A stretch of 64,000 bases of DNA, from contig CH464491.1 of the NCBI GenBank assembly GCA_000002445.1, forward strand, positions 3,744,001 through 3,808,000, read 5' to 3'. The number at the start of each line of letters is the position of its first letter. Position 1 is the first letter of the stretch. The notes beneath the pieces are model-generated. The model had not been told where the DNA came from. It made no database searches and worked only from the letters and a program-made list of their open reading frames with translations. Below are positions 30,412-41,992 of the stretch, piece by piece. The position numbers and the translations under genes are program-made. The stretch is from Trypanosoma brucei. Lineage: Eukaryota.

Positions 30412-31691
30412 GTGATTTTACCATGTAAATGTGTGCACACCGTGTTGCGTCGCAATGATAATTGACATATTTGTCTGTTAAAATAGATAGCCCCAATTGG
30501 TTACTGACTGAAGCTTTTTTTCTTTTTAGGCATGTTCCCATATGAGGGTTCGTGTCTGTCTCTAGTACCTTTTTTTTATATTAATAGAATCCTGGGGGTC
30601 GCTATATGTCTTTACCACCACTATTCCTACTACTTTACCTAAGTGTAGTATTTACCTCCCTTTTTTAATCGAAAATATTATATTCGTGTTGTCAATCGAG
30701 CTAATGATGACAGGACACCTTTGTCCTTTCGTGGAATCATCTATCAGCACTTTGATCGTGGAGATGGTATTTTTTTTTCCACTTATTTTCCTTGTTCTTC
30801 TCCGATGAGTTTAGTCAACTTCTTCTGTTTGCTTTCCCTCTTTGTGTTTAAGGGATCACGTAGATTTGTCATTTGTGTCATTTACAATCCTACACAGTCT
30901 GATGGTGGTCTTGCACTATTTTCTTCATTTTCCTTTTCCCCTGTTGTTTGCATTCAGTTTCTGTGGCTCCTAAGGTTTAGTAGTTGCATCATGTGGATTG
31001 GTCGCAAAGACGCGAGAGGACTCAAAAGTTTGTCAGTATGGTTCTTTTACCATTTAGAGGCAACATATTGGTAAAATAAACAGACCTGTCACATTCATCG
31101 GAAAATGGTTCTATGGGGACGCTTTTAAATTCTATTGGCTTCACTTGATTAAGGTTCTATCGATATGGTACTTTCTGTCAGGTAATACAATTGACAAGCG
31201 TTTTTTCTTCTGTATTTACGCTGGTACTGAAAAAAGTGGGAGTCTACTTTGATCGCCGAAATCGCCAGTCATTTAACTTTATCGAATATTACAGAAACTC
31301 ACGTTTTGAGAGTGATGATTCAGCTCACTGGTTGTGATGTATTGTTCAGTTGCTAGCGGTGTTTTGCCGTTTATTTTGAATACCAGTAATGTTTTTCGTG
31401 GGATTTTTTTGAATGCTATTTGATTTCCCCTCCCTGCGCGAGTGCCTTCGTCGATACCAGCGGCGGAAATATATCGAATATTTTGGATGTTGCCATTGTT
31501 TGTGGCATTCTGCGGATAATGTTTTTGAGCCACATGATCCCGCGGTGTGCGCTAGTAGTTCTTTCCCGTTTCTCCTGTTGTTCTATCTCCAGTGCTTAAA
31601 AATTTTACTCTTTCCCTTCCTGCTGCTCCGTTACTTTTCGTATTAGGATCAGCCCTCAACGAGAGTACCATTTGACCACCTGGACGTGAAA

Positions 31692-31709
31692 GTGTGTGTG
31701 TGTGTGTGT
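31692..31709. repeat. (GT)n microsatellite
   Basis: The sequence gtgtgtgtgtgtgtgtgt is seen directly. Confidence 0.9.
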
Positions 31710-31819
31710 TTGTGCAGGGAAACACCTTCCGTTCCCTGTTTTTTAATAACGGTCCCTTGAGTATTCGTTCTCTCTTTCTTTTGGCGTGTATTCGCAAGAG
31801 GATTTGATTGTTGAATTGG

Positions 31820-32887
31820 ATGGGTGACTGCGACAGGTTGAAGTGCCTTATAGGCGAGTTGGATGGGTACGCGCAGGTGCTAAGTGAGCGCGTGCAGCAG
31901 AAGGAAGCTGAGTTGGGACTACTGCTGGTGCAGGTCGCAACCATGGGTGGAGCAGCCCTTCGAGCAGATGGAGGGCAAACCTCCCCGGTTGTCCTCCCGG
32001 AATGCGATCTGCGCATAGCACCACCGCGTCACGCGCACGATCCTGTTACCTCCACAGTGCAGCGGAAGTTATTATCTCCTCTTCCCACTGTAAGGATTTG
32101 TGACCCTACAACTTCTCTCGGTCCCGTAAGTGTTACTGAGCCCATTCGCGTGTGCTCCATGTCTTCACCTGTGGGTACGTTGTCTCCGATAGAGAGGGCT
32201 TGTAGCTCCGGTTACTCCTCTTCCGAAGAGAGTACAATCACAATTATTCGTGCACTAGACGATACTGTGAAACCCCGTACGGTACGGCACGTGCGGTTCG
32301 CTCCGTCCAGATTGAGTAGCTCTCCTCACTGTGCCCGTGTTTCCCCTCCCACGGAGGGAGCTGACCGCGGCGGTGTGTGTACACGGGGTTCATTTTTTCC
32401 TACTCGTTTCACAGTTGCCACACTTGAGAGGCAATATACCGAGTCAGGTGCTTCCACTCAACAATGCGCGGCGGCGTCAGAGTCTGAGTGCCATCGAGGT
32501 GGGGAAATTGCTGCACCTTCCGAGGTTGAGACCGGTGGCGGTCCTAATGATATTGATACCGTACATTATGTTAGGCGACGTGTGACTAGTAGCCGACGCC
32601 CCTCAACTCGCCTGTCTGCAAGCAATACCTCAGTGGAGTTGTTAATTTCAAACAACTCAGCGGCAACTTGCTCTAGTCCCGGCGCGAAAGGTAGAGGTCG
32701 ACATGCTCAGTGTAATATTCCCCGAAAGAGGTGGCGTAAATCCGAGTCACGCGGGGTGAGTGCGGGTACAAGTGCCAGTGTAAGTGCCGCACGACCGAGA
32801 ACTGCGGTTGTCGCGGAGGAGGAGAAAGAGGAGGGAATAGACGCTGGTATTACACTTGCCTGTGGTCCCACCCTGTTTTTCGAGTAA
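31820..32887 (+). CDS. Hypothetical Ser-rich protein with N-terminal coiled-coil segment
   Basis: The track ORF starts at TTG 31808; the first ATG is 31820, giving about 355 aa. No domain is recognised. It has a low-complexity S/T/R composition and sits co-directionally between confident genes. Confidence 0.45.
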   Translation: MGDCDRLKCLIGELDGYAQVLSERVQQKEAELGLLLVQVATMGGAALRADGGQTSPVVLPECDLRIAPPRHAHDPVTSTVQRKLLSPLPTVRICDPTTSLGPVSVTEPIRVCSMSSPVGTLSPIERACSSGYSSSEESTITIIRALDDTVKPRTVRHVRFAPSRLSSSPHCARVSPPTEGADRGGVCTRGSFFPTRFTVATLERQYTESGASTQQCAAASESECHRGGEIAAPSEVETGGGPNDIDTVHYVRRRVTSSRRPSTRLSASNTSVELLISNNSAATCSSPGAKGRGRHAQCNIPRKRWRKSESRGVSAGTSASVSAARPRTAVVAEEEKEEGIDAGITLACGPTLFFE

Positions 32888-33342
32888 TCATCACATACAA
32901 AGTTCTTCACATTATTACGGGATGTGCTATTTCATATCCCGTTCCCCACTTGTTCTCTAGCCCTTTTTCCCTCCTTTTTTAATGTTTTACATTGGTGCTT
33001 TATGTAATAGTGCGGTGACCTGTTATTACGGTTGTCGTTATCCTTAAAAAAAAACCTAATCCGCTTTCCTTCAGTGTGCCCGAATAACGATTCTTTTGCA
33101 GTTCAAGGTGACCGTGGCGCTTGGGGTGGGTCGCGTTGCCTTCATGTGTGGATTTCACCGCAGTGGGTAAATTTGTCTTTTTCCGTACGTTGTGTGTTCC
33201 CACCGCACGCAGTGCCGAGCGAGTGAAGTATTTTTAGGTAGGAGCATACAGACGTTTCGATATTCAGGTGCGCCCCTTTCTCGGTACGTTGGACCCGAAA
33301 GAGTTGTCTGTGTGTTGCTTTTAGTGTGATTTTATTAAAGGG

Positions 33343-34167
33343 ATGTTGACCACCACCGACGTTGGTGGTGTAGTTCGCCGTATCAACGTGGATTACAAAA
33401 AGTTGAAGGCTGCGTACGATCAAAATAATGACAGCCTTTGTCTCAACCTTGTCAACGGCCTGAAAAAACAACTGATTCTTCTACCAACGTTCCTCAATCC
33501 TGCCGCGGCAAGCGCTACGTGGCTGGAGGAAGTTACCCTTACACGTGAAGTTCTGGAGTACGCTGTGTTGGTGAGTGCCCGGTTGGAGGACCTCGCCAGT
33601 TTTGAGTTGTACTTCAACCAACTAAGTGTGTACTACACTGACATTGATCCCACGAAGTTGGAAGAGTCACCCTTGTACTCACTGATACTAGGTTTAAACC
33701 TTGTTCGTCTGCTAGTGGATGACCGCATTGCACAGTTTCACACGGAATTGGAGAAGGTACCCAACCACATATATGCCCCGAATGCCTACGTCCGCTTTGC
33801 AGTGCTGCTGGAGCGGTATCTGATGGAAGGGAGTTACAGTAAACTACTCAACTCCCGCGACCAGGCACCGTCAAAAGAGTATATCCCCATTGTGGGAATG
33901 CTGGAGAAAACGGTGCGCCAAGGTGTTGCCGAGTGTATCCCACACTCCTACGCAAAGTTATCATTTGAACGTGCGCAGAAGATATTGATGGTGGACTCTA
34001 CAGATGCCGTCCGGGAGATTGGTAAGCAGTATGAGTGGGAACTGGGTAAGGATGGAGCCAGCTTCGTTTTCACCCGGAGGGAAGATATCGCAAAAAGGGA
34101 GGTTCCGTTTCAAGAAATGCTCGGTCATCACCTTAACTTTGCCGCTGATCTGCAGCGCATTGTGTAG
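33343..34167 (+). CDS. RPN12: 26S proteasome regulatory (lid) subunit RPN12/PSMD8-like, PCI domain
   Basis: 274 aa, the typical RPN12 size. The C-terminal region aligns with PSMD8: ...YAKLSFERAQKILMVDSTDAVREIGKQYEWELGKDGASFVFTRRE.../...QEMLGHHLNFAADLQRIV versus the human ...AYEKILFTEATRILFF...KKRGWVLGPNNYYSF...QVIEYARQLEMIV. Confidence 0.7.
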   Translation: MLTTTDVGGVVRRINVDYKKLKAAYDQNNDSLCLNLVNGLKKQLILLPTFLNPAAASATWLEEVTLTREVLEYAVLVSARLEDLASFELYFNQLSVYYTDIDPTKLEESPLYSLILGLNLVRLLVDDRIAQFHTELEKVPNHIYAPNAYVRFAVLLERYLMEGSYSKLLNSRDQAPSKEYIPIVGMLEKTVRQGVAECIPHSYAKLSFERAQKILMVDSTDAVREIGKQYEWELGKDGASFVFTRREDIAKREVPFQEMLGHHLNFAADLQRIV

Positions 34168-34485
34168 TCTCCCGGTGTGTAAATGCGTGAGGTAAGAAGG
34201 GAGAGTACCGAGGATGGTGTTAGATAGCAAACTTGGTAAAGTGGACGTACCAGTTCCACTCATTTTTGCGCACAAATGAGTGTGTGACACAAATTTTTGG
34301 TACCGTGCCCCTTTTTCCCGTTTCTATTATTCTTCTGTTTGTGACAACAGCAGACACGCATTCAAATTAATTGTCACTCCTTATTTTAAAAAAAAATTGT
34401 ACGAGTGCTTTGTTTCTGCAATTCTTTTCTGTGTTTGTTTTCGTTTTGTTTGCGAAAAAAAAAGGTTAGTATTCTTTTCGCTTAG

Positions 34486-36954
34486 ATGATGAGTGCAAAA
34501 CTTGGGATCAATTTGAAGGGTCCCGCTGAGGTTTTTATCAAGCATCCTGATGGTTCTGAAACTCGGGTTATTCGGCGGAAAAAGGGCGTCGTACAGCAAC
34601 GCAACGATGTAGACTTGCTAAATCGTGATGAAGAACGGGAAATGGTGTATGCTTGCCCTCCGTATACAGCCAGCTTCAACGCTATGTTGAAGGAGCGGAA
34701 GGAAAAGAACAGTCGTGCCCTTGTAAACGCTGTTTTGGAACGGATGCACGCAGAATCTATTCCCCTCAATGTTATCACCTACAACTCGCTGTTGGAGCGT
34801 GTGGTAGGTGCTTCTGATGATATTGCCTTCGAATTGTATGATGAAATTAGGGAGGACTCTATGTGTGTGAATAGCAATGTTCAACCGGACCTCACTACAT
34901 ATCAGTTGCTCTTTCGCGCTTGTGAGCGCAAAAGCCAGTATCATCGTGCGTTTCATCTGTACATGCAAATGAGGGAGATGCCACACATTGTTCCAGATAC
35001 GACCACATATGACACGTTATTAGGTTTTTGTGCTGCGGTGAAAGATGTTCCCCAAGCCCTTTTCTTTATGGAGGAAATGAAAAAGAACTGCGTAGCTCCA
35101 AGCGTCAACACATACAATTGTCTAATGGGAGCACTTCGGGAAAAGGCACCTTACGAGGAAACTTTACGCGTATACAATGGGATGACAGAGTGGGGTGTTA
35201 AGCCAACTGTACGAACATTCAATACAGTAACTGGAGCTGCACTCATTCACGATGACTATGAGATGGCCTTTCAGTTGTTTGAAGAAATGAAGAAGCAGGG
35301 AGTACTCCCAAATGTTGTTTCATACAACACACTACTCTGTTTGGTACGGCAACGACTCGACTACGTAATGGGGCGCAATGCGTACGCAAGTGTAAAGCGA
35401 ACAAGAGAGCAACAGGCACATGGTATGAAAGCTATTTCTGAACTGACAACGACGCTTTTTCATGAAATGGGCTCGATGGTTGTGGAGCCGAACACCTTCA
35501 CTTTTAACTTAGTAATGGAAATACTCATTGAGTGTGATGATTTTGGTGTTTTCGACATTTATCGCATGATGCAGGAACACTACAACAAAAACAATAACAA
35601 AACGAGCATTATTGAAGAGAAAATAGAGGCAACACGGATGAGTGTTTCTATCATGATGGCGGAGGCAAGCCTCAGTTTAGACAGTAACAAGATTCAACCA
35701 AGGGAGAGAAATCCAAGTATCGATAGCATTTTGTGTTCTATTGACGTAAACAAGGACACATCAAATGCCGCAAACCTGGCCGGACTCCCTTCTCTTGACG
35801 TGATCATGGGTATGGACAACCGAAAGCGGTCTGCACGGATCACAGCTAACGAAATGCAACCGAACGTAGACACTTATCGACTTATTGTCCGCGCATGTTT
35901 GCATTTTGGATTTGCGAAGCATTGCCACTACTTTTATAACGCAATGCTCAACGAGGGTCTGGGTCCCGATTATAATTTCGCACTACTTATGGAAACTGTT
36001 TGTGAAGAGATCCGCGACGTTGAAAAGGCCTTCGCGGTACTTTCCCACGCAAAAATGGCGGGGGTTTATATTGACGTTTCACTATTCAACGCATACCTCA
36101 GAGTACTAGCTGCTGTTGGAGATGACAAACTGCTTTCAATACTGGGTGAGATGGAACTTGGTATTAACTCATTTTGTTCGCAACCGGACGTGGAAACGTA
36201 CAACATAGTGCTACGGTATCATCTTGGTTTGAAGCACTACGACGCGGTAGTGGAACTCTTTGATTCAATGTATGACTCGTACAGGCAAGTGAGACCGAAT
36301 GCCGACACCTATTTGTGGATGTTACAAACACACCGCGCAATGAATGATGCGGAAGCTGCAACGCAATTGCTCGAGTCCATGCACAAGCGGCAAATTCCAG
36401 TTGATATACAACACTATCACGAGTTGATGCGTGTGTACGTTCAGGCGGGCGACGAAAGGTTGTTACAAGTCTTTCAACAGCTCCAAAATGGCGACGACGG
36501 AGAATATCAATACCCAAAGGTAGATGTGATTTGTTTTTCCCTTGTCATGGAATATTACGTTCGACTCAAAGAATGGGATAAGCTGGATGCACTTTTTCAT
36601 AAACTTCTGGGCTACCCGGATATGGAAGCAGATGTTAACTGTTATAACATTATGTTTGACATGTGCCTTCTCTGCGGTAAGTACGTAGAAGCGAAGTCCC
36701 TGTTCAACGAATTGCGCATGAAGTGTGTGAAACCAGATCTAAGAATGTACAACACACTCCTTCACATATTTGCCGCCGCTGCTGATAGCGCGATGTATGA
36801 AGTTTTAGAAACAATGAGGATGAACCATGTAGCTCCAGAGGCTAGCACGTTGTCCATCTTACTGCAATACGCCGAGGGAAGACACCTGGTGTCAGATGCT
36901 GTGGCACGCAATCTTTTCTGGGACCCAACAACGGATCTAAAGGGTCTTCTTTAG
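34486..36954 (+). CDS. Pentatricopeptide repeat (PPR) protein, probably mitochondrial
   Basis: 822 aa with many 35-aa PPR-like units: ITYNSLLERVVGASDDIAFELYDEIRE, TTYQLLFRACERKSQYHRAFHLYMQMRE, TTYDTLLGFCAAVKDVPQALFFMEEMKK, NTYNCLMGALREKAPYEETLRVYNGMTEWGVKPTVRTFNTV, and VSYNTLLCLVRQ. Confidence 0.85.
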   Translation: MMSAKLGINLKGPAEVFIKHPDGSETRVIRRKKGVVQQRNDVDLLNRDEEREMVYACPPYTASFNAMLKERKEKNSRALVNAVLERMHAESIPLNVITYNSLLERVVGASDDIAFELYDEIREDSMCVNSNVQPDLTTYQLLFRACERKSQYHRAFHLYMQMREMPHIVPDTTTYDTLLGFCAAVKDVPQALFFMEEMKKNCVAPSVNTYNCLMGALREKAPYEETLRVYNGMTEWGVKPTVRTFNTVTGAALIHDDYEMAFQLFEEMKKQGVLPNVVSYNTLLCLVRQRLDYVMGRNAYASVKRTREQQAHGMKAISELTTTLFHEMGSMVVEPNTFTFNLVMEILIECDDFGVFDIYRMMQEHYNKNNNKTSIIEEKIEATRMSVSIMMAEASLSLDSNKIQPRERNPSIDSILCSIDVNKDTSNAANLAGLPSLDVIMGMDNRKRSARITANEMQPNVDTYRLIVRACLHFGFAKHCHYFYNAMLNEGLGPDYNFALLMETVCEEIRDVEKAFAVLSHAKMAGVYIDVSLFNAYLRVLAAVGDDKLLSILGEMELGINSFCSQPDVETYNIVLRYHLGLKHYDAVVELFDSMYDSYRQVRPNADTYLWMLQTHRAMNDAEAATQLLESMHKRQIPVDIQHYHELMRVYVQAGDERLLQVFQQLQNGDDGEYQYPKVDVICFSLVMEYYVRLKEWDKLDALFHKLLGYPDMEADVNCYNIMFDMCLLCGKYVEAKSLFNELRMKCVKPDLRMYNTLLHIFAAAADSAMYEVLETMRMNHVAPEASTLSILLQYAEGRHLVSDAVARNLFWDPTTDLKGLL

Positions 36955-37511
36955 AGCGGGTAGAACTCACCTTTGTACATATACGTATGTGCATGTATCT
37001 ATATAAGTATGCGTGTTTGTATTTGACACCACTGCGCAACATGACGTTCGTGTATATCCTCTATGTTAATGTACAATTTGTATCTTCTTGTCTTAATGAC
37101 TTACTTACAGTGGAGTTACTTATACACGGAAACACCGTTCGTAATCTGGAGGCTCTGCGCCCTCCGTTCACGCTTATATCGGTGGTGTTGCTTTCCTGTT
37201 GGATAAAGTGACATTTCGAATTCCTTTTTGTTGCCGAGAGAATATCGTTAGACAATCACTTCGATTTTATTGGATCGCATCTTTTTTTTTTCTTTCCGCA
37301 TGCTGTCAACCTCGCTTCTCTCTTTCCTGTCATCCCTTTTTTTGTTAACATGTGTGTTTGTGTCCGTGTCTAACTTGTGAGAAGCCTGCGAGGGTGCTCA
37401 TTTGCCAACCCAAGGTATATCTTTGGGTACCAATTGAAAGTACAACAAAGGAAAGGAAGAAAATTACAACTTCCACGTTGACCGCTAGTTGACGTTATAC
37501 GATTAAACAAA

Positions 37512-39785
37512 ATGACTATTTTGCGGCGTGTGACATCTGCCGGGCGCCGCCGAGAGCAGGCGTCAAAGGCAGTGCAAACGGAAATGACATATCCACCTGA
37601 TTGTTCAAATCTTGACAACTATGTTGAGGCGTGCGCGGCTAGCCAGTTCCAAGACTTATGTAGACTACGAAGTATGATTGAGGATGCCCTGAAGGAAGTT
37701 GCGTGTTCCGTGTATGACGTCAACTCTTTCAAAGATGTCATTTTTAAACTCGACGATCAATTATCGTCGAAGCTACCCCTAACAGACCTACTACTACTAA
37801 CATCGAAACTCTTTCGGCGTACGGCGAACCTTGGTCGCTTTCTTGCTTGTTTCTTTGCCGTTATATTTGCAGAAGGGCACGCGGACGAACGGTTTCACTT
37901 CACTGAGTTGCGATTGCTTCGGCGAGAGTTGCTCGAACTGAAGGGGAAGTACGCTAAAGTAGAGGAGGAGCGTGTTCGTCTACAACACATGCTGGATGAA
38001 GCCGGTGAGGTCGCCATCAACCACAACAGGACAGTGGAGCTGCTTGAGGCACGAAATGCTGTGCTAAAGTTGCACTCTTTGGGATTGGAGGATCAAATGG
38101 CTTTGCTTTTTTCGCAGATGAACAAAGACATGCAGCGGTATTGCAAAGATGCCTACGATAAGGTTTATAGCGAGTTTGACCAAGATCAGGCTAACATGTC
38201 CAAAGAAGTTTTCCGGCAGTCTATGGACACTCTCAGTGATCAGCTTCGCCATTCTCGGACGCTTATCACCGAAGTTCGTGACCTTGTCATGAATTGTGCT
38301 CAGTCTCCCACTGGAGGGTCTCGCGCGGCCGATCAAAAGATAGCGAAGGAACCAAGCATCCGTTTTAAACTCAAGCAGGTTGAGGGCAACTTTCAACATA
38401 TTGTGGCCCGCTTCTCTGCCGTGAAGGACTTTGTCTCCGAGACAACTCACAACCTCATGAGTGCAATGCAGGAAAGGAAGAATATTCTCTTCCTGGCTCT
38501 GCAGCATATTCGTTTGTACGATATACAGAATTCAAAGATGCGTAAGTGCAAAGCCAGTTTGTCAGAGATGAAACGCCTTGTTAATAACCTTCAAAAGCGT
38601 ATGCCTTTAACGTTTCCACCTGGAACAGTTGCGATAGTGGATCGCATAGGGCACATATCCACGCAAAAGTGGCACGTCGGGTGCACACTCGAAGCAATCC
38701 GTGGCCAGCGAAGTGGAGAACCTGTAGACGATCGAGTCATGGCTGGCTCACCTACGCGGGATGATGCCAGTGACCAAGGGCGGCAGTGCTCCAAGACGCT
38801 TGGTGCATCCGAGCCCCAAGTGCAAAGGTCAACTGCTCAGCACCACCTTACGGGGTTACACGGGCTGGATGACCACTCTGACGAGCACCCCACTACTGAA
38901 ACGCGGAGCATGCCATCGTACGTGAGCAGCAATCACACAACCGCTTTTCAGAGTGTTTACAGTATGATTGACATGATTTCTACTCTGGGCACTCAGATAG
39001 ACGAACTTAACGACAACCTGATGTTTGAGAACGAGGTAAACACCTTCCTCAAAATACTTACTCTCTCAATCCCTACCACTCCTCGTGGCACGGATGAGCT
39101 GAGCAATGCAATTGATGAGGAAGTCAGATTGGGATTAGCTCTTTTCCCTACGGGTGACATTGGTGGAAAGCATCCCCAATCTGTTATGGGAGCCTCTGTG
39201 GTTCCTAACGCAAGTGACCGTGATGGGGCGCCGGTGCTGGCTGGCACTACCAGTGATAGTAAAACAGAGGCGCTCCCACATCAAGAAAGGGTGAAGGACG
39301 GCTCTGTCACATCCTCAGAAACAGAAAAGCAAGTGGTAAAGGAGGTACAAGAAGGTACCATGGCCGAGTTTGCTTCAAAACTGGGATTCCTCCGGCACAC
39401 TTACGAAACTCGCATAGCCGATTTGGAGCGACGCGAGGCAGATTTCCATCGATTCCTTGCTGGGGGTGCTTTTAAACTGAAGGAGAAGCACGATGAGTCC
39501 AAAGACGCAGGTCGGAAGGGTAGTCCCCAAAACCGCAATGTACGGGGCAGGCAGAGATCTAAGGCTGGTTCCGTTTCAGAGGAACGCAAGCAACAGGAAG
39601 ACATGAACCAGTTGGTGCAGGCTCGCTCGGAGTGGCAGCAGTCGAAAGTAGATCTTCAAAACAACAAAAGGTTACGGGAAACGGTAATGAAGGAGATAAC
39701 CAAAATGTCCAATGTGAGCTCAGACACCGGAGAGGTGACAGACTACATTGATAGGAGTGAGAGATCCAACAGCTCAGCTATGTGA
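37512..39785 (+). CDS. Hypothetical coiled-coil protein (757 aa)
   Basis: ATG ORF on the + strand. Long heptad-like charged segments (LRRELLELKGKYAKVEEERVRLQHMLDEAGE; ETRIADLERREADFHRFL) surround a central S/T/D-rich low-complexity region. No enzymatic motif is recognised. Confidence 0.6.
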   Translation: MTILRRVTSAGRRREQASKAVQTEMTYPPDCSNLDNYVEACAASQFQDLCRLRSMIEDALKEVACSVYDVNSFKDVIFKLDDQLSSKLPLTDLLLLTSKLFRRTANLGRFLACFFAVIFAEGHADERFHFTELRLLRRELLELKGKYAKVEEERVRLQHMLDEAGEVAINHNRTVELLEARNAVLKLHSLGLEDQMALLFSQMNKDMQRYCKDAYDKVYSEFDQDQANMSKEVFRQSMDTLSDQLRHSRTLITEVRDLVMNCAQSPTGGSRAADQKIAKEPSIRFKLKQVEGNFQHIVARFSAVKDFVSETTHNLMSAMQERKNILFLALQHIRLYDIQNSKMRKCKASLSEMKRLVNNLQKRMPLTFPPGTVAIVDRIGHISTQKWHVGCTLEAIRGQRSGEPVDDRVMAGSPTRDDASDQGRQCSKTLGASEPQVQRSTAQHHLTGLHGLDDHSDEHPTTETRSMPSYVSSNHTTAFQSVYSMIDMISTLGTQIDELNDNLMFENEVNTFLKILTLSIPTTPRGTDELSNAIDEEVRLGLALFPTGDIGGKHPQSVMGASVVPNASDRDGAPVLAGTTSDSKTEALPHQERVKDGSVTSSETEKQVVKEVQEGTMAEFASKLGFLRHTYETRIADLERREADFHRFLAGGAFKLKEKHDESKDAGRKGSPQNRNVRGRQRSKAGSVSEERKQQEDMNQLVQARSEWQQSKVDLQNNKRLRETVMKEITKMSNVSSDTGEVTDYIDRSERSNSSAM

Positions 39786-40420
39786 CAATCTCTCACTTAG
39801 AGTGGTGCGACGGCACGTGGTTCGCCAAATTTCGTTTAACGCGAGGTGTGTATATATGTACGTATAGAGGTAGGACCTGGAGGAGGGTTGGCGAAGGCCT
39901 AACTTACACATTGTGTGGTCATGCTTTGTTTCCTTCTAATTCTCCTTATTCCCTTTACACTATAACGTAGACATGTTTCACTGAGGTGGATATGTTGGTA
40001 TGGCAAATCCTGCCTCATGTTCCACTGGTGCATTCATTGCTGTCACCGGCGTTTTTGTGCTCTCGTGCAGGTGTGCTTGTGTTGCCAAACAACTGCTTGG
40101 GATCACCCCTATGATGACTTATGTAGAAAATGGGATGGTACATCGGTGAATATATATGTGTGCCGCTGTGGCATACCCATCAACCCTCTCTTCGCACTGA
40201 CCAAAATTTGCCCTGTGATTTTGTGACTCACAGTCTTTACGCGGCCCTGGTTCCCTGGTCAAAATCAAGTTTATCTCTCAGTTTTTTTGTTTTATTCCGT
40301 GGGACACCTACCTGCACGGGTGTGCACAAGAGCCTTAAGTTTGATCGGGAATTTCCCTTTTTTTAAAAAAAAAGCGATTTTGGAAAGATAGTGAGGTGAA
40401 AGAGGCTGAGCAAACTGCAC

Positions 40421-40478
40421 ATATATATATATATATATATAAACTAGTCAAACATCAAATTGAAAAATATATATATAT
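40421..40478. repeat. Two (AT)n microsatellites (40421-40441 and 40467-40478) immediately upstream of the ArfGAP start
   Basis: The sequences atatatatatatatatatata ... aaatatatatatatta are seen directly. Confidence 0.9.
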
Positions 40479-40486
40479 TACTTGCT

Positions 40487-41410
40487 ATGTCACATACTGC
40501 TGAGGATGCCCGTGTATTCCGTGAGATCCTGCAACGTGACGAAGAATGCAAACACTGCTTTGAGTGTGGTGCTTTAAGTCCACAGTGGTGCGATGTGAAT
40601 CACGGTGTTTTTGTCTGCCTGGACTGCAGTGGTGTTCACCGCAGCTTGGGGGTCCACCTTTCGTTTGTGCGTAGTCCCACCATGGATGGATGGACCAACT
40701 GGCGGCCGGAAAAACTTCGCCAGATGCAAATTGGTGGTAACCGGAGAGCCCGCGAATACTTTGAACGAAATGGAGTTCCCAAGGCACCCATCAGAGAGCG
40801 TTACCAATCTCTTGGTGCGCTACGGTACGGTGCCATGTTGGAAGCGGAAGCTCTTGGCCAACCGTTTGATGAGAGCTCGTGGGCACCACCTGAGTGGTAC
40901 GAGCGCATGGTGCAAAGTGAGCGAAACCGACCGAATGGCGAGGGGATGCCTCCGCAAGCACCTCAACAACATCGACCAATCAACGGCATGTGGGGAGAGG
41001 GCCATGGCAGTACGGGAAGTGGTGGTGGTAAGGAGTGGTTGGATACTCTCAGCGGTGGGTGGTCCGTATTTTCAAAGAAGACAAAAGAGATAGCGGAAAC
41101 GGCCGGCGCTCAAGCGCGATCTCTCATAACAGAAACGAATGTCGAGGGTGTAAAGGGCACGTTGGCGTCAGGTTGGGGCGCGATCTCGGGGTTTGCTACG
41201 CAGATGTCGTCGAAGCTTCTGAATAAAAATCAGGAAGATGATTTGAGCGTTTTGTCGGATATGACCCAACATGTAAAAACGGCAGTACAGGATGACAACC
41301 AAGGTTTAGTGGGTCGAAACATGACCCAAAGCCACTCTGAGGTTGGAAATGCGGCTTTTAAGGGTCAAGCAAACCCTTACGATGGGGACTTCCAATCAAA
41401 GAAAGACTAA
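40487..41410 (+). CDS. ADP-ribosylation factor GTPase-activating protein (ArfGAP domain, ArfGAP1-like)
   Basis: The track ORF starts at TTG 40460; the first ATG is 40487. The ArfGAP C4 zinc finger with its arginine finger is present: [46 protein letters not shown]...[17 protein letters not shown]. Confidence 0.85.
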   Translation: MSHTAEDARVFREILQRDEECKHCFECGALSPQWCDVNHGVFVCLDCSGVHRSLGVHLSFVRSPTMDGWTNWRPEKLRQMQIGGNRRAREYFERNGVPKAPIRERYQSLGALRYGAMLEAEALGQPFDESSWAPPEWYERMVQSERNRPNGEGMPPQAPQQHRPINGMWGEGHGSTGSGGGKEWLDTLSGGWSVFSKKTKEIAETAGAQARSLITETNVEGVKGTLASGWGAISGFATQMSSKLLNKNQEDDLSVLSDMTQHVKTAVQDDNQGLVGRNMTQSHSEVGNAAFKGQANPYDGDFQSKKD

Positions 41411-41992
41411 AAATAGCCTGTTACATGGTAGTGTATACGACTATTTGTGAATATATGCCGCCTCTTTTTCAACCCGAGTGAGCGGAGCATTGGAACAAGG
41501 TGTCTTGGTGTCGCTTAAGTCTCTATGTGGGCAAGTTGTGTGTGCGTGTGTGGGGAGGGTTCCAGGTTGGTCTACTGTGCAAGTCGCACGCAAATTTTTA
41601 TTCCTGGTTCTAATTTCGCAGCCTGCATAAGGGTAAGTGTCTCTGTTCGTCGAAACTTATATGATTAGCTTTATGTACTGGGGTATACGAAAAAAAAAAG
41701 CGGTAAAGGGTGTTCCCGGTTAGCTTGAGAGTCTCTCCTTTTAGTCAGAGGAAATAAACCGTACGGTAGAGGAAGTGTGTACTGTTCGCCTCGTGCTTTT
41801 TCAGTTTGTCTCAACTCTGACTTCTCTATACTACGGTTTGATACCTTTGCTTTCGTTTCTATTGGGTAACTTGAACAGTTCTACATTCTTTTACTTTATT
41901 TTTATTTTATTCTTCCAACGCCCCCTTGTAAATCATGGGCACTTCCCCTCTTGGCGTTCTTCTCGCTGTTATAATAGCGCTTCACGAGCCGA

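Noticed and set aside
30721-31074. 117-aa ORF in the ankyrin-gene downstream spacer
   Set aside because: The ORF track gives it a non-ATG start. Its translation is dominated by Phe/Ser/Leu from T-rich DNA, which is typical of polypyrimidine UTR sequence and not coding.
40605-41093. 162-aa + strand ORF overlapping the ArfGAP gene in another frame
   Set aside because: It is an alternative frame of a confidently identified domain-bearing gene, and the ArfGAP frame explains the region.
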